Assembly (NCBI GenBank): GCA_002339125.1
Contig: DDJQ01000105.1
Span: 127-64,126 of the forward strand
Origin: Alteromonadaceae bacterium UBA2620
Lineage (GTDB): Bacteria; Pseudomonadota; Gammaproteobacteria; Enterobacterales; Alteromonadaceae
Length of the DNA stretch: 64,000 nt
Direction of reading: 5' to 3'
Position 1 is the stretch's first letter. The number at the start of each line of letters is the position of its first letter. The notes under the pieces are model-generated. The model had not been told where the DNA came from. It saw only the letters and a program-made list of their open reading frames with translations, and ran no database searches. Below, piece by piece: positions 1 to 8,142 of this stretch. The position numbers and the translations under genes were made by a program.

Positions 1-1
1 T

Positions 2-907
2 TGGCGGTCAGACAATGGGGAGGCGGCCGATGTCAGTGGACTGCCGAACGACCTCATCGAGGTGGTAAAGTCCCTGCATGAGCGGGTACAGCAGATGGCC
101 GACCACCGTATCGAACAAGGTCGCCAGGAATTCGAGACTTTAAAGGAAGAACTCCGCACAGAGTTGACCTATGCCAACAACACCATCGCGCAACTTACTG
201 CCCGACAACGGGACCTTGAGAACCAGATAGCACGAATTACCGAGGAAAAAAGCCTGCAAGACAAGTCCCTGGAAGACGCACGCGTCAGGCTGGCAAAGGC
301 CGAGTCTCAGCGGGACGAAGCTCTTACGCGAGCCAACGACTTGAAGGAGAGTGTCAGTGAACTCAGGCAAGAAAACCGGGATATTCGCGATCATTTCGAA
401 CATTACCAGCAGCGCACTGCCGAAGACCGCCAGCAGGAGCGCGAACAGTTCCGTATAGTTAACCAGGGGTTAAATGATCAGATTCAGGATCTGCAACACC
501 GGCTCGCACAGACTGAGTCGAGAGCGTCCGAGCTATTCGACATCAACGCGCAGTTACAACGAAATGCCGATGAATTAAAACGGGCCAATGCGGCGCTAAA
601 TAGCGACTTGAACGCAAAGATGGAAGATATCCAGAACCTGGAACACGAGTATGAAGAAGCCGTGACAAGGTGCCGGGAATACCAGCATAAAAATGAGCAA
701 TTGTCGGAAAACATGGCCGCGCTCACCACTCAGAAAGCAGATGTCGATAAGCAAGTGGCCGTGTTATCCCACGCACTGGAGACCACCAAAGCCGAACTGA
801 AAACCGCCCAGGATAAAGTGGCATTTCTGACCGATGAGAATAAGGTGATTCTTCAGGAAAAAGCAGTGATCCAAGGGCAGTTTAAACAGCTTCAAAGTTC
901 GCTATAA
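2..907 (+). CDS. Coiled-coil protein, KfrA-like DNA-binding family (5' partial; frame is open to the window edge)
   Basis: The reading frame is open from position 2. The sequence is long, heptad-like and rich in Q/E/R/L, resembling KfrA-type coiled-coil proteins. No catalytic motifs. Confidence 0.45.
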   Translation, partial: WRSDNGEAADVSGLPNDLIEVVKSLHERVQQMADHRIEQGRQEFETLKEELRTELTYANNTIAQLTARQRDLENQIARITEEKSLQDKSLEDARVRLAKAESQRDEALTRANDLKESVSELRQENRDIRDHFEHYQQRTAEDRQQEREQFRIVNQGLNDQIQDLQHRLAQTESRASELFDINAQLQRNADELKRANAALNSDLNAKMEDIQNLEHEYEEAVTRCREYQHKNEQLSENMAALTTQKADVDKQVAVLSHALETTKAELKTAQDKVAFLTDENKVILQEKAVIQGQFKQLQSSL

Positions 908-1170
908 CGATTTAATGGATGTGTTTTGATCGTCTGGCTGCAAATGCAGAAATCGTTGCCAGCCCCTAAACGAGCAAACTTGGCAAATTTGTCGGTTCTT
1001 CCACAAGACCCTGCAGGCCAAGGAGAAGCATCGATTCGACCAACGTCAGGTGGAAAAAGAATATTGATATTCCTACATATTATCAATGTGTTATAGGTTT
1101 TGTGGCTAAATTCAACGCTTTTACCGGCCGAATGCAGCCGAACCTCAAATACAGGGATTAACGGCTATCA

Positions 1171-1226
1171 AACGAAAACCTACGGTTACGAGGGTGCCAC
1201 AGGATTCAAAACCGTAGGTTTTCGTT
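1171..1226. repeat. Perfect 17-bp inverted repeat (AACGAAAACCTACGGTT / AACCGTAGGTTTTCGTT) with a 22-nt spacer
   Basis: Read directly from the sequence. It lies immediately upstream of the DUF1294 ORF and contains an in-frame TAG for that frame. Confidence 0.8.
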
Positions 1227-1229
1227 CAA

Positions 1230-1439
1230 ATGCCCCCGCTGGTCCATTTACACCTGATAGCACTGGTTGGCGGCTGGCCCGGCGCTTATTTAGCTCAGCA
1301 GTGGCTGCGGCATAAATCCGCAAAGCGGGACTTTAAAGCCATGTTCTGGTTTACTGTGGTAATCAACCTTACCGCACTGGGTTACCTGTTAACCCCCAGT
1401 GGTCAGGCATTGTTAACCGGTATTATGGGCTTGCGTTGA
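1230..1439 (+). CDS. DUF1294 domain protein (short, possibly N-terminally truncated)
   Basis: The motif LVGGWPGAYLAQQWLRHKSAKRDF matches the DUF1294 core (GGWPGA..AQ...RHK). No upstream extension is possible because of a TAG at 1215. Confidence 0.55.
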   Translation: MPPLVHLHLIALVGGWPGAYLAQQWLRHKSAKRDFKAMFWFTVVINLTALGYLLTPSGQALLTGIMGLR

Positions 1440-1560
1440 TGAAGTCATTCCTTAACCGACTTAGCGAAGAGCTCGACAGTCTGAAATCAGAGCTCGATAA
1501 CACTGCCACGCTTATCAGGGAACAGGTAGGTAAGCTACCGGTACTGGCCGGTAGGCTCTA
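1438..1560 (+). CDS. Candidate 40-aa small ORF (MKSFLNRLSEELDSLKSELDNTATLIREQVGKLPVLAGRL)
   Basis: TGATG stop/start overlap with the DUF1294 ORF. The peptide is an amphipathic helix. It falls below the length cutoff of the ORF track. Confidence 0.25.
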
Positions 1561-1569
1561 GCGCAACAC

Positions 1570-1815
1570 TTAATAATGGGGCGGCGGGGTCTCTTCTGAC
1601 ATTTTGGCAATATTGGAAGGCTCCATGCCTTTGACCTTATCGATAACATGACGTAACTGAAACTGCATCTTATCGATTTGTATTTGCTGATGGGCCAAAG
1701 CTTCATTGAGTGCATCAATAGTGTGCTCCTGAAAAGCCACCTTGGTTTCCAGCTCGGCAATAGCTTCTTCGGCTTTGGCTAACTCGTTAGCCAGCTTGTC
1801 GTTGTTCGTTGTCAT
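1570..1815 (-). CDS. slyX: SlyX family protein
   Basis: An 81-aa coiled-coil. [33 protein letters not shown] is typical of SlyX, and the gene neighbours an FKBP isomerase as in enterics. Confidence 0.85.
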   Translation of the reverse strand: MTTNNDKLANELAKAEEAIAELETKVAFQEHTIDALNEALAHQQIQIDKMQFQLRHVIDKVKGMEPSNIAKMSEETPPPHY

Positions 1816-2826
1816 TCAGGGCATACTCCACAGCTCAGCTAATCCGCTACTACTTACCGATAACACGTGTTCGTCATCGAGAAAGCCCACACCGTAAACT
1901 ACGGCAGAGGGCGGTGACATGTTTTCCCGTGGGGCAACTTTCCATTCTCCCACCTGTTCACCCGTTGCAACTTCCCACAAATACAACCTTCGTGAAGGGG
2001 CTCCGGTAAGCAAGTACTTACCATCTTTAGAAAACACGGCATCGGTAAATATCTTCTGGCGCGCAATATACTGCAATTGGCTAATCGGTTCACCTGTTTG
2101 TACATTCCAGATCTGCGATTTTTGCTGACTGTCGGCGGTAAAGGCATAGCGCCCCTCATCATCCAGTGCCACCAGGGTAACGCGGCTGGGATGGGTAAAC
2201 GTATGAATTACCTGCCCGCTATCGGTACTCCAGAGGTAAGCCACGTAGTCGTTTCCACCGGTCAGGGCGTAACGGCCATTCGGCGTAATATCCACACTAT
2301 TGATACGCTCCTGATGACCAAGAAACTCAATTCGACGGCCACTTTCCGGTTCAAAAAACATCACCTTGCCACTGGAACGTCCCACCAACACGCCGCGACC
2401 GCCGTTAGCCAGCGCCACATCGCGGATGGTTGACTCGTCAATACGCCAGAAGCCCACCGGCTCACCGGAAGATAAGCTCCAGATAGCAAAAGCCTCACGG
2501 TCTGATGTTACCGCAAACTGGCTGTCAGCACTGATATGCACATTGGCCACTAAATTATTGCTCTGATCGCCGTCTACGCTTTGGTGGCTCCACTGAAATA
2601 ACGGTTGCGCTTCACCAAAGCGCCACACATGGATGCCATTATTGATACCAGACACCACGCTTAACTGGCCATCCACCGACACGTCTGCCGCGTAAGCGCC
2701 ATCTTCAACAATGCGCCATTGATTGTCCGGCGTGGTATCCGGAACAATACACCCGGCTAAACCAAATCCGGCCAGAAGCGTAACAATCAGTCGAGAAGTG
2801 AACGTTTTCAGTGATGGTGTTGTCAT
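1816..2826 (-). CDS. WD40/beta-propeller repeat lipoprotein
   Basis: N-terminal lipobox LAGC, followed by repeated blades of about 40 aa (..D/S..W..). Confidence 0.7.
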   Translation of the reverse strand: MTTPSLKTFTSRLIVTLLAGFGLAGCIVPDTTPDNQWRIVEDGAYAADVSVDGQLSVVSGINNGIHVWRFGEAQPLFQWSHQSVDGDQSNNLVANVHISADSQFAVTSDREAFAIWSLSSGEPVGFWRIDESTIRDVALANGGRGVLVGRSSGKVMFFEPESGRRIEFLGHQERINSVDITPNGRYALTGGNDYVAYLWSTDSGQVIHTFTHPSRVTLVALDDEGRYAFTADSQQKSQIWNVQTGEPISQLQYIARQKIFTDAVFSKDGKYLLTGAPSRRLYLWEVATGEQVGEWKVAPRENMSPPSAVVYGVGFLDDEHVLSVSSSGLAELWSMP

Positions 2827-3042
2827 AGGCCTTTCTTATTGCGAATGCTCGCATTAACATAGCACGAAATCGTAATATGCGTCGCTTATCCTGGGGATTG
2901 GGCGCAATGTGAAGCCGATATTCGTGATTATCGTATCAGGCGTGTTACAGTAAAGCGTTAATAACCTGGTTTACATTTATAGAATTTGATTTGTCGCAGC
3001 ACTATTAGCGCTGCTACAAGATACCAACTAACGGAGAAGTTT

Positions 3043-3813
3043 ATGCAAAAGTCGCTCGTTGCCCTAACTATTATGGCTACACTGGGTCTGGCAGCATGTC
3101 AGCCTCAACAGGGCACCACTACCGAACCCGCTCAGGACCCAAAGCTGACAAAAGAAGAAATGACCGACGCGCAAAAGCAAGCGTATGCCATGGGTGCCAG
3201 CATGGGCATGTTCGTGTTTACCCGCGACAAGCAAATGCAACAGTTTGGTGAAAGCATCGATAAAGACGCCCTGATGCAGGGTATTAAAGACGGCATGGGT
3301 AACACCCTGATGTTTGAAACAGCTGAAATTCAGCAACTGGCGCAAGCTGGCGAGCAGGCAATGCAAGCCAAGCAACAGGAACTGGCCAGCAAAATGGCGG
3401 AAGAAAATATCGCCAAAGGCGAAGCTTTCCTGGCTGAAAACGGTCAGAAAGAAGGTGTAATTACTACTGAGTCAGGTCTGCAGTACGAAGTAATGGCAGA
3501 AGGTGAAGGCGCCAGCCCGGTTGCCACCGACACAGTTAAGGTTCACTACAAAGGAACCTTACTGGATGGCACCGAGTTTGACTCTTCTTACTCTCGTGGC
3601 GAACCAGCGGTATTCCCACTGAACCGCGTTATCCCAGGCTGGACTGAAGGCGTTCAAACCATGAAAGAAGGCGGTAAAACCCGTTTCTTCATTCCTTCTG
3701 AGTTAGCCTATGGCGAACGTGCTACAGGTAATATCACACCTAACTCAACACTGATCTTTGAAGTTGAGTTACTGGAAGTGGTTAAACCGGCAGAAGAAGA
3801 AGCCGCAGAATAA
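3043..3813 (+). CDS. fkpA: FKBP-type peptidyl-prolyl cis-trans isomerase (FkpA-like, lipoprotein signal)
   Basis: GGAGAA RBS before the ATG at 3043 and an LAAC lipobox. The C-terminal FKBP domain carries [32 protein letters not shown] and [10 protein letters not shown]. Confidence 0.85.
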   Translation: MQKSLVALTIMATLGLAACQPQQGTTTEPAQDPKLTKEEMTDAQKQAYAMGASMGMFVFTRDKQMQQFGESIDKDALMQGIKDGMGNTLMFETAEIQQLAQAGEQAMQAKQQELASKMAEENIAKGEAFLAENGQKEGVITTESGLQYEVMAEGEGASPVATDTVKVHYKGTLLDGTEFDSSYSRGEPAVFPLNRVIPGWTEGVQTMKEGGKTRFFIPSELAYGERATGNITPNSTLIFEVELLEVVKPAEEEAAE

Positions 3814-3865
3814 TCTCTGCGCGCGGTGTCTCATGCACCGCCCTGATATTCCATAGAATCAAAAG

Positions 3866-3897
3866 AAAAAGCCGACATTTATTGTCGGCTTTTTATT
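3866..3897. terminator. Rho-independent terminator (bidirectional look)
   Basis: AAAAAGCCGAC-loop-GTCGGCTTTTTATT directly after the fkpA stop. Confidence 0.7.
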
Positions 3898-4175
3898 CAG
3901 CACCTGTCCTTGCTCATCAGTAAGTCCATACTGTCTGCATACTCATGCCAATCAAAACGATAGCAACGCATGCGCCCAAATACTCATTCGGGTAAAGTTT
4001 TGTTTGCTCTGTAAGCTTAGTTTAGATTTACCAGTTTGCACGGCGAACCGCTACTTTTTAAAAAATATTTCGAGCTAGAAGGCGTGGGTTTTATTCCAAT
4101 CTGAACTTAACAGATCAGAGGGCACACTTGTTACTGTGTGCCCAGTGTTGATTTGATAACTACTGATTTGGAAAA

Positions 4176-4463
4176 TTAAGAGATAACGCTGCGGCGGCGA
4201 TTAGGCGGCATTTTGAATTTGCTAACCTGTTGTAGCAAAAACTTTCCGGCCCGGTACATAGCAAGGCAGATCAGTACCGACACCATGGTTTTTGTGCCTT
4301 CATTACTACTAAAAGCATTCACAGTGGTGAGGATAAACATTAAAACGCCGCTTAACAACAGCAGGAAGCCCATTAAACATAAGCCGAGGGCGCTGGCGGT
4401 TGCCGGCTTGTCAGCTCGCTCTTGGTATTGCTCAGTTCGTTCTGTTGGTGAGTATCGATTCAT
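4176..4463 (-). CDS. Hypothetical small membrane protein (2 TM)
   Basis: Two hydrophobic helices in an AT-rich context. No recognisable family. Confidence 0.35.
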   Translation of the reverse strand: MNRYSPTERTEQYQERADKPATASALGLCLMGFLLLLSGVLMFILTTVNAFSSNEGTKTMVSVLICLAMYRAGKFLLQQVSKFKMPPNRRRSVIS

Positions 4464-4756
4464 AATCTCAATTCATTTAATGTAAACGATGTCATTTAAA
4501 AAAGTGACTGCAAAGTTTAGTCACTTGTATGACGAATTCGTTCAATATATTTACATTTTGATTACAATACCTGAGGACCGAGGCTACGGATAGGGATCTT
4601 TAGTATAGATATCAATCATTAATCGCATAGATTATAGGCATAAACTCAAGGTTTGTCGCTAATCTGCTACACAGTTTATCGGCATTTTGTATAAAAATAT
4701 GATTTTATTTATTGCTGCTGGCTACAAGCTGAGTCTATTCAGCGTTTTCGGCAGCC

Positions 4757-5335
4757 CTAATCAAAGGCAATCGCCATAACAGCACTACGCGCAGCTTCAT
4801 AACCGGCAGAGTCTAAATCGGTAAAATCCTGAACATGAAAACTGAGTAGTTGCTGCTGATATATCATGCAGTACATCTCGCCATACAGCTCAACATTGTT
4901 CTCGGTACTGCGCCCGGTCCAGCGGATCCGCACGGCAGGAACTCCGTCAATCGAAACTGTTTCTATGGCAGACGTAGAAAAATTATCCCGGCGACGCTTC
5001 ACGCCCTCTAAAAACTGCATCAGGTATTGTTTGGAAAAAGCGATTTGCCTAGCCTGATTAAGTTCAGGTATACCATCTGGCGGCGTAAACAACGTCAGCT
5101 GTAGCAGCGTGCTCTTGTCACTATCGTCGTGACGGCGGGTAAACCCAACGGCTGAGAAGGCCTCGCTGGGCGCTTTCATTACCGGCCCCTCAAAACCTTC
5201 GGGAACCTTAATATCCCCTGAGCCAAAGTCGTAAGCGCTCGCACTCAGACTAAGCACAAACAGAACACCACACCAAATAAGGCGACACACATGACTTCGC
5301 AGCTTTACCACCGGCTTCAACCTTTTTATTATCAT
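4757..5335 (-). CDS. Hypothetical secreted protein
   Basis: An internal Met gives the signal peptide MIIKRLKPVV..LFVLSLSASAYD. It is the last gene of the activator / REC-GGDEF operon. Confidence 0.5.
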   Translation of the reverse strand: MIIKRLKPVVKLRSHVCRLIWCGVLFVLSLSASAYDFGSGDIKVPEGFEGPVMKAPSEAFSAVGFTRRHDDSDKSTLLQLTLFTPPDGIPELNQARQIAFSKQYLMQFLEGVKRRRDNFSTSAIETVSIDGVPAVRIRWTGRSTENNVELYGEMYCMIYQQQLLSFHVQDFTDLDSAGYEAARSAVMAIAFD

Positions 5336-5397
5336 TGACTTAACGTCAGAGTAGCAGATGTTTCCGGTAAGTTGACCATTTTTGTTCGGCGTATATT

Positions 5398-6444
5398 CTA
5401 CACCCGACCAATCACACAATTTCTGCCACCGTGTTTGGCTTCGTAAAGCAGTCCGTCAGCGCGACCGACCAGGCTGGTGAGGTCATCATTTTTCTGTAGC
5501 TCGGTAACGCCGAAACTCGCCGTAACGTTGCTGTTTAACACTTTGCTGTCAAATTTTATTGCGGCGATGGATTTTCTTAAGCGATCAATTATTGCTTTTG
5601 CATTTTGCAATTTGCATTCGGGCAGTATGATGCAAAACTCCTCGCCGCCAATGCGTCCTACCATATCCACCTTGCGCAACTCCAGTTCCACAACCGCGCA
5701 AACGGCTTGCAGCACCTTATCCCCAGCCTGATGGCCAAAGCTATCGTTAATCCGCTTAAAAAAATCGATATCAAAATAAGCGATGCTCATGGTGCAGTTG
5801 TAACGCCTGCACCGGCTGATCTCGTTTTCAAGTAACGAAAAAATGTGGCGGCGGTTAGCAATACCGGTAAGCTCATCAAAATGTGCCTGCCGGCTTAGCG
5901 TTTCCTGGGTTTTAATCAATCGTCTGCGCATTTCAGCAATCCTTGTCATGGCGCGTACTTTCGCCAGTAAGGTAATGCTGTCGATGGGCTTAGTCAGGTA
6001 GTCGTCAGCGCCACATTCTATCCCCATAGCAATGCTTTCCGGGGCATGCTGGCCACTTAAAAAGATAATAGGCTGCCATTCCAGAAAACTGTCTGACTCC
6101 AGTTCCCGTATTTGTGTCGCCAACTGATATCCATTGATATCAGGCATCTGAATATCCATCAGGATAAGGTCTATACTGTCCTGGGTGGTTTGCAAATAGT
6201 CGAGTGCTGCTTGTGCATCACAAGCCTCGATAACCAGTAAGCCAAACCGTTCCAGCATAGCTTTAAGCAAGGCACGCTCTGTTGCCGAGTCATCCACCAC
6301 CAGTACGTTAAGCGGTTCCGCAAAGGAGATTTTGCTTTGTATACTGGTTAGTGGAGTTTCTATTTGTTTTGTAATGTTCACGCAGACTCCCAAAATGCCA
6401 ACTACCCGTTTAGCCAATATTTCACCGGATTCTGCAAGTAACAT
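5398..6444 (-). CDS. Response regulator receiver + GGDEF diguanylate cyclase
   Basis: REC domain (VLVVDDSATER..LILMDIQMPDINGYQL). GGDEF domain with the active site GGEEF and an RxxD I-site (RKVD) five residues upstream. Confidence 0.85.
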   Translation of the reverse strand: MLLAESGEILAKRVVGILGVCVNITKQIETPLTSIQSKISFAEPLNVLVVDDSATERALLKAMLERFGLLVIEACDAQAALDYLQTTQDSIDLILMDIQMPDINGYQLATQIRELESDSFLEWQPIIFLSGQHAPESIAMGIECGADDYLTKPIDSITLLAKVRAMTRIAEMRRRLIKTQETLSRQAHFDELTGIANRRHIFSLLENEISRCRRYNCTMSIAYFDIDFFKRINDSFGHQAGDKVLQAVCAVVELELRKVDMVGRIGGEEFCIILPECKLQNAKAIIDRLRKSIAAIKFDSKVLNSNVTASFGVTELQKNDDLTSLVGRADGLLYEAKHGGRNCVIGRV

Positions 6445-6478
6445 TCCAGAGAATGTTTTTTATATTTATTTCAATAAC

Positions 6479-7882
6479 CTAACCCGCCGAATCCCAACTC
6501 ACCTTCTTTCTGTATATTGTTGAAGGGCTGACATCCAGCAGTTCAGCCGCTTTAGGAATGTTGCCATTGCAATATGCAATAGCAGACTCGATGGCTTCTC
6601 GCTCGGTCACCGCAAGTGGCTGAATTTTCACTTCTGAGCTGGCAAATACCTGTGGTGTCGGAGGTTCTGCCGCCGGCGAGGTTGCCTTCTGACTAACAGC
6701 GATATTGTTTAAGGGGTGAGGGAGATGCTGGCTTTCAACCATTTTTGCATTATGCAATACCACAATATTCTGAATCACATTTTGCAGTTGCCTTACATTG
6801 CCAGGCCAGTCGTAATCGAGAAACAGCTGTTTAACCTCCTCGCTGAGGCCGACAAACTCTTTATTTTCCTCAGTAGCAAATTGCTTAAGAAAGTATTCTG
6901 CGATGGCCAGTGTATCCTCGCCACGCTCTGCCAGTCGGGGCAGATGGATGGGAATAACCTGTAACCGGTAGTACAGATCTTCGCGAAAACGTCCGGCTTT
7001 AACTTCTTCCAGCGGATTTTTATTGGTGGCACACACAAAACGAATATCAACGCTGATTTCTTTGTCACTGCCCACCGGTTGAAACTTCCCGGTTTGCAAA
7101 AAGCGCAGTAGCTTGGTTTGCAGATCCATGTCCATCTCGGCAATTTCATCGAGGAACAGGGTGCCACCATCCGCCTGGGTAGCCACGCCATCCCGTGCTT
7201 TCTGAGCACCGGTAAACGCCCCTTTAATATGACCAAATATCTCGCTTTCCATTAACTCCCGGGGAATAGCGCCACAGTTAAGTGCGATAAACAGGCCTGG
7301 CTGACGCGGGCTTTGATCGTGGATAGCACGAGCACAAACCTCTTTACCGGTACCACTTTCACCGGTAATAAACACCGTCGCCCGGCTTGGTGCTGCGGCT
7401 TCGATTATTTTATAAATAGCCTGCATAGGCAGGCTGCTGCCAATAAAGCCCTGGTATTCAGAACGGGAAAAGGTATTTTGCAACGTTTGTAGCTGCTGAC
7501 TGAGGGCAATTTGTTTTAGCGCATTTTTTACTGTGGTAATCAAACGTTTACCGTCAAACGGCTTTTCAATAAAGTCCAGCGCGCCCAGGCGCATAACTTC
7601 TACCACAGTATCAATTGCATTTTGCGAAGTGATGATCACCACTTCAATATGTGGGTATTCGCTTTTTATCCATTCCAGTAAATCCATCCCTTTGATATCG
7701 GGGAGTCCCAAATCCAGCAACACCAGGCTCGGCTCATGATTGGCCACTAAATACTTGGTCTCCGCCCCATTGCCTGCAGTCAGTATTTCCACTTTCTCGT
7801 TGCGCAGATACTGCTGATAAAGCGTATTCAGCGACGTGGAATCTTCCACAATCAGCACTTTCTTCACTGACATACTCGCCAT
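6479..7882 (-). CDS. Sigma-54-dependent response regulator (NtrC family, LuxO/SypG-like bEBP)
   Basis: REC domain, then an AAA+ domain with GESGTGKE and GAFTGA, then a C-terminal Fis-type HTH (ELLDVSPSTIYRK). A GGAGGG RBS precedes the ATG. Confidence 0.9.
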   Translation of the reverse strand: MASMSVKKVLIVEDSTSLNTLYQQYLRNEKVEILTAGNGAETKYLVANHEPSLVLLDLGLPDIKGMDLLEWIKSEYPHIEVVIITSQNAIDTVVEVMRLGALDFIEKPFDGKRLITTVKNALKQIALSQQLQTLQNTFSRSEYQGFIGSSLPMQAIYKIIEAAAPSRATVFITGESGTGKEVCARAIHDQSPRQPGLFIALNCGAIPRELMESEIFGHIKGAFTGAQKARDGVATQADGGTLFLDEIAEMDMDLQTKLLRFLQTGKFQPVGSDKEISVDIRFVCATNKNPLEEVKAGRFREDLYYRLQVIPIHLPRLAERGEDTLAIAEYFLKQFATEENKEFVGLSEEVKQLFLDYDWPGNVRQLQNVIQNIVVLHNAKMVESQHLPHPLNNIAVSQKATSPAAEPPTPQVFASSEVKIQPLAVTEREAIESAIAYCNGNIPKAAELLDVSPSTIYRKKVSWDSAG

Positions 7883-7949
7883 TCTTTCCCTCCGGTTAGG
7901 CGTTTCAGGCTGGATAATTACCCGGCCCCTGTATTAACCGTAGTCGATT

Positions 7950-7964
7950 TTTGCAATTTGCAAA
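7950..7964. promoter_or_regulatory. Candidate enhancer site TTTGCA-ATT-TGCAAA
   Basis: A palindrome matching TTGCA-W3-TGCAA, about 125 bp upstream of the sigma-54 promoter at 8082. Confidence 0.5.
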
Positions 7965-8049
7965 GAAACAACCCTAACGCAGCGGTTAAATTCAGTCTAA
8001 TGGATAACGATATCTGGTCGCTGTCCTTCCCGAATCATTAAAAACAAAG

Positions 8050-8062
8050 TAAAACACTGATT
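8050..8062 (-). promoter_or_regulatory. IHF-like site (AATCAGTGTTTTA fits WATCARNNNNTTR)
   Basis: Located between the palindrome and the sigma-54 promoter. Confidence 0.3.
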
Positions 8063-8081
8063 AATAAAGACTTCCACTTGA

Positions 8082-8096
8082 TGGCACCCTACTTGC
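8082..8096 (+). promoter_or_regulatory. Sigma-54 promoter TGGCAC-CCTAC-TTGC(T)
   Basis: Exact -24 GG / -12 GC spacing, 47 bp before the ATG at 8143. Confidence 0.7.
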
Positions 8097-8142
8097 TCTT
8101 ACTTCTGCATTCTAATTAATAGACGTATTCGCAGAGAAGCTT

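Noticed and set aside
2-907. KfrA-like gene as evidence that the window starts inside a plasmid or ICE
   Set aside because: A single coiled-coil gene at the window edge, followed directly by core housekeeping genes (slyX, fkpA), is insufficient evidence. It cannot be evaluated without upstream sequence.
1100-1315. 71-aa ORF overlapping the inverted repeat and the DUF1294 start
   Set aside because: It has no motif and a different frame from the DUF1294 signature. It spans the hairpin and is probably non-coding.
4120-4143. Hairpin GGGCACAC-N8-GTGTGCCC as a terminator of the small membrane-protein gene
   Set aside because: The stem is good, but no U-tract follows on the minus strand. It may still be a structural element, but I cannot support a terminator call.
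5414-5428. Fifth sigma-54 promoter (minus strand, TGGCAG-AAATT-GTGT) inside the 3' end of the GGDEF gene
   Set aside because: The -12 element is GT instead of GC and lacks the TTGCT shared by the other four. It is kept only as a weak note inside the GGDEF-operon finding.
6479-7882. Calling the sigma-54 activator LuxO itself
   Set aside because: No luxU follows it; a REC-GGDEF gene does instead. It is embedded in an EPS locus, so a SypG-like locus-specific activator fits better. Orthology cannot be settled without a tree.
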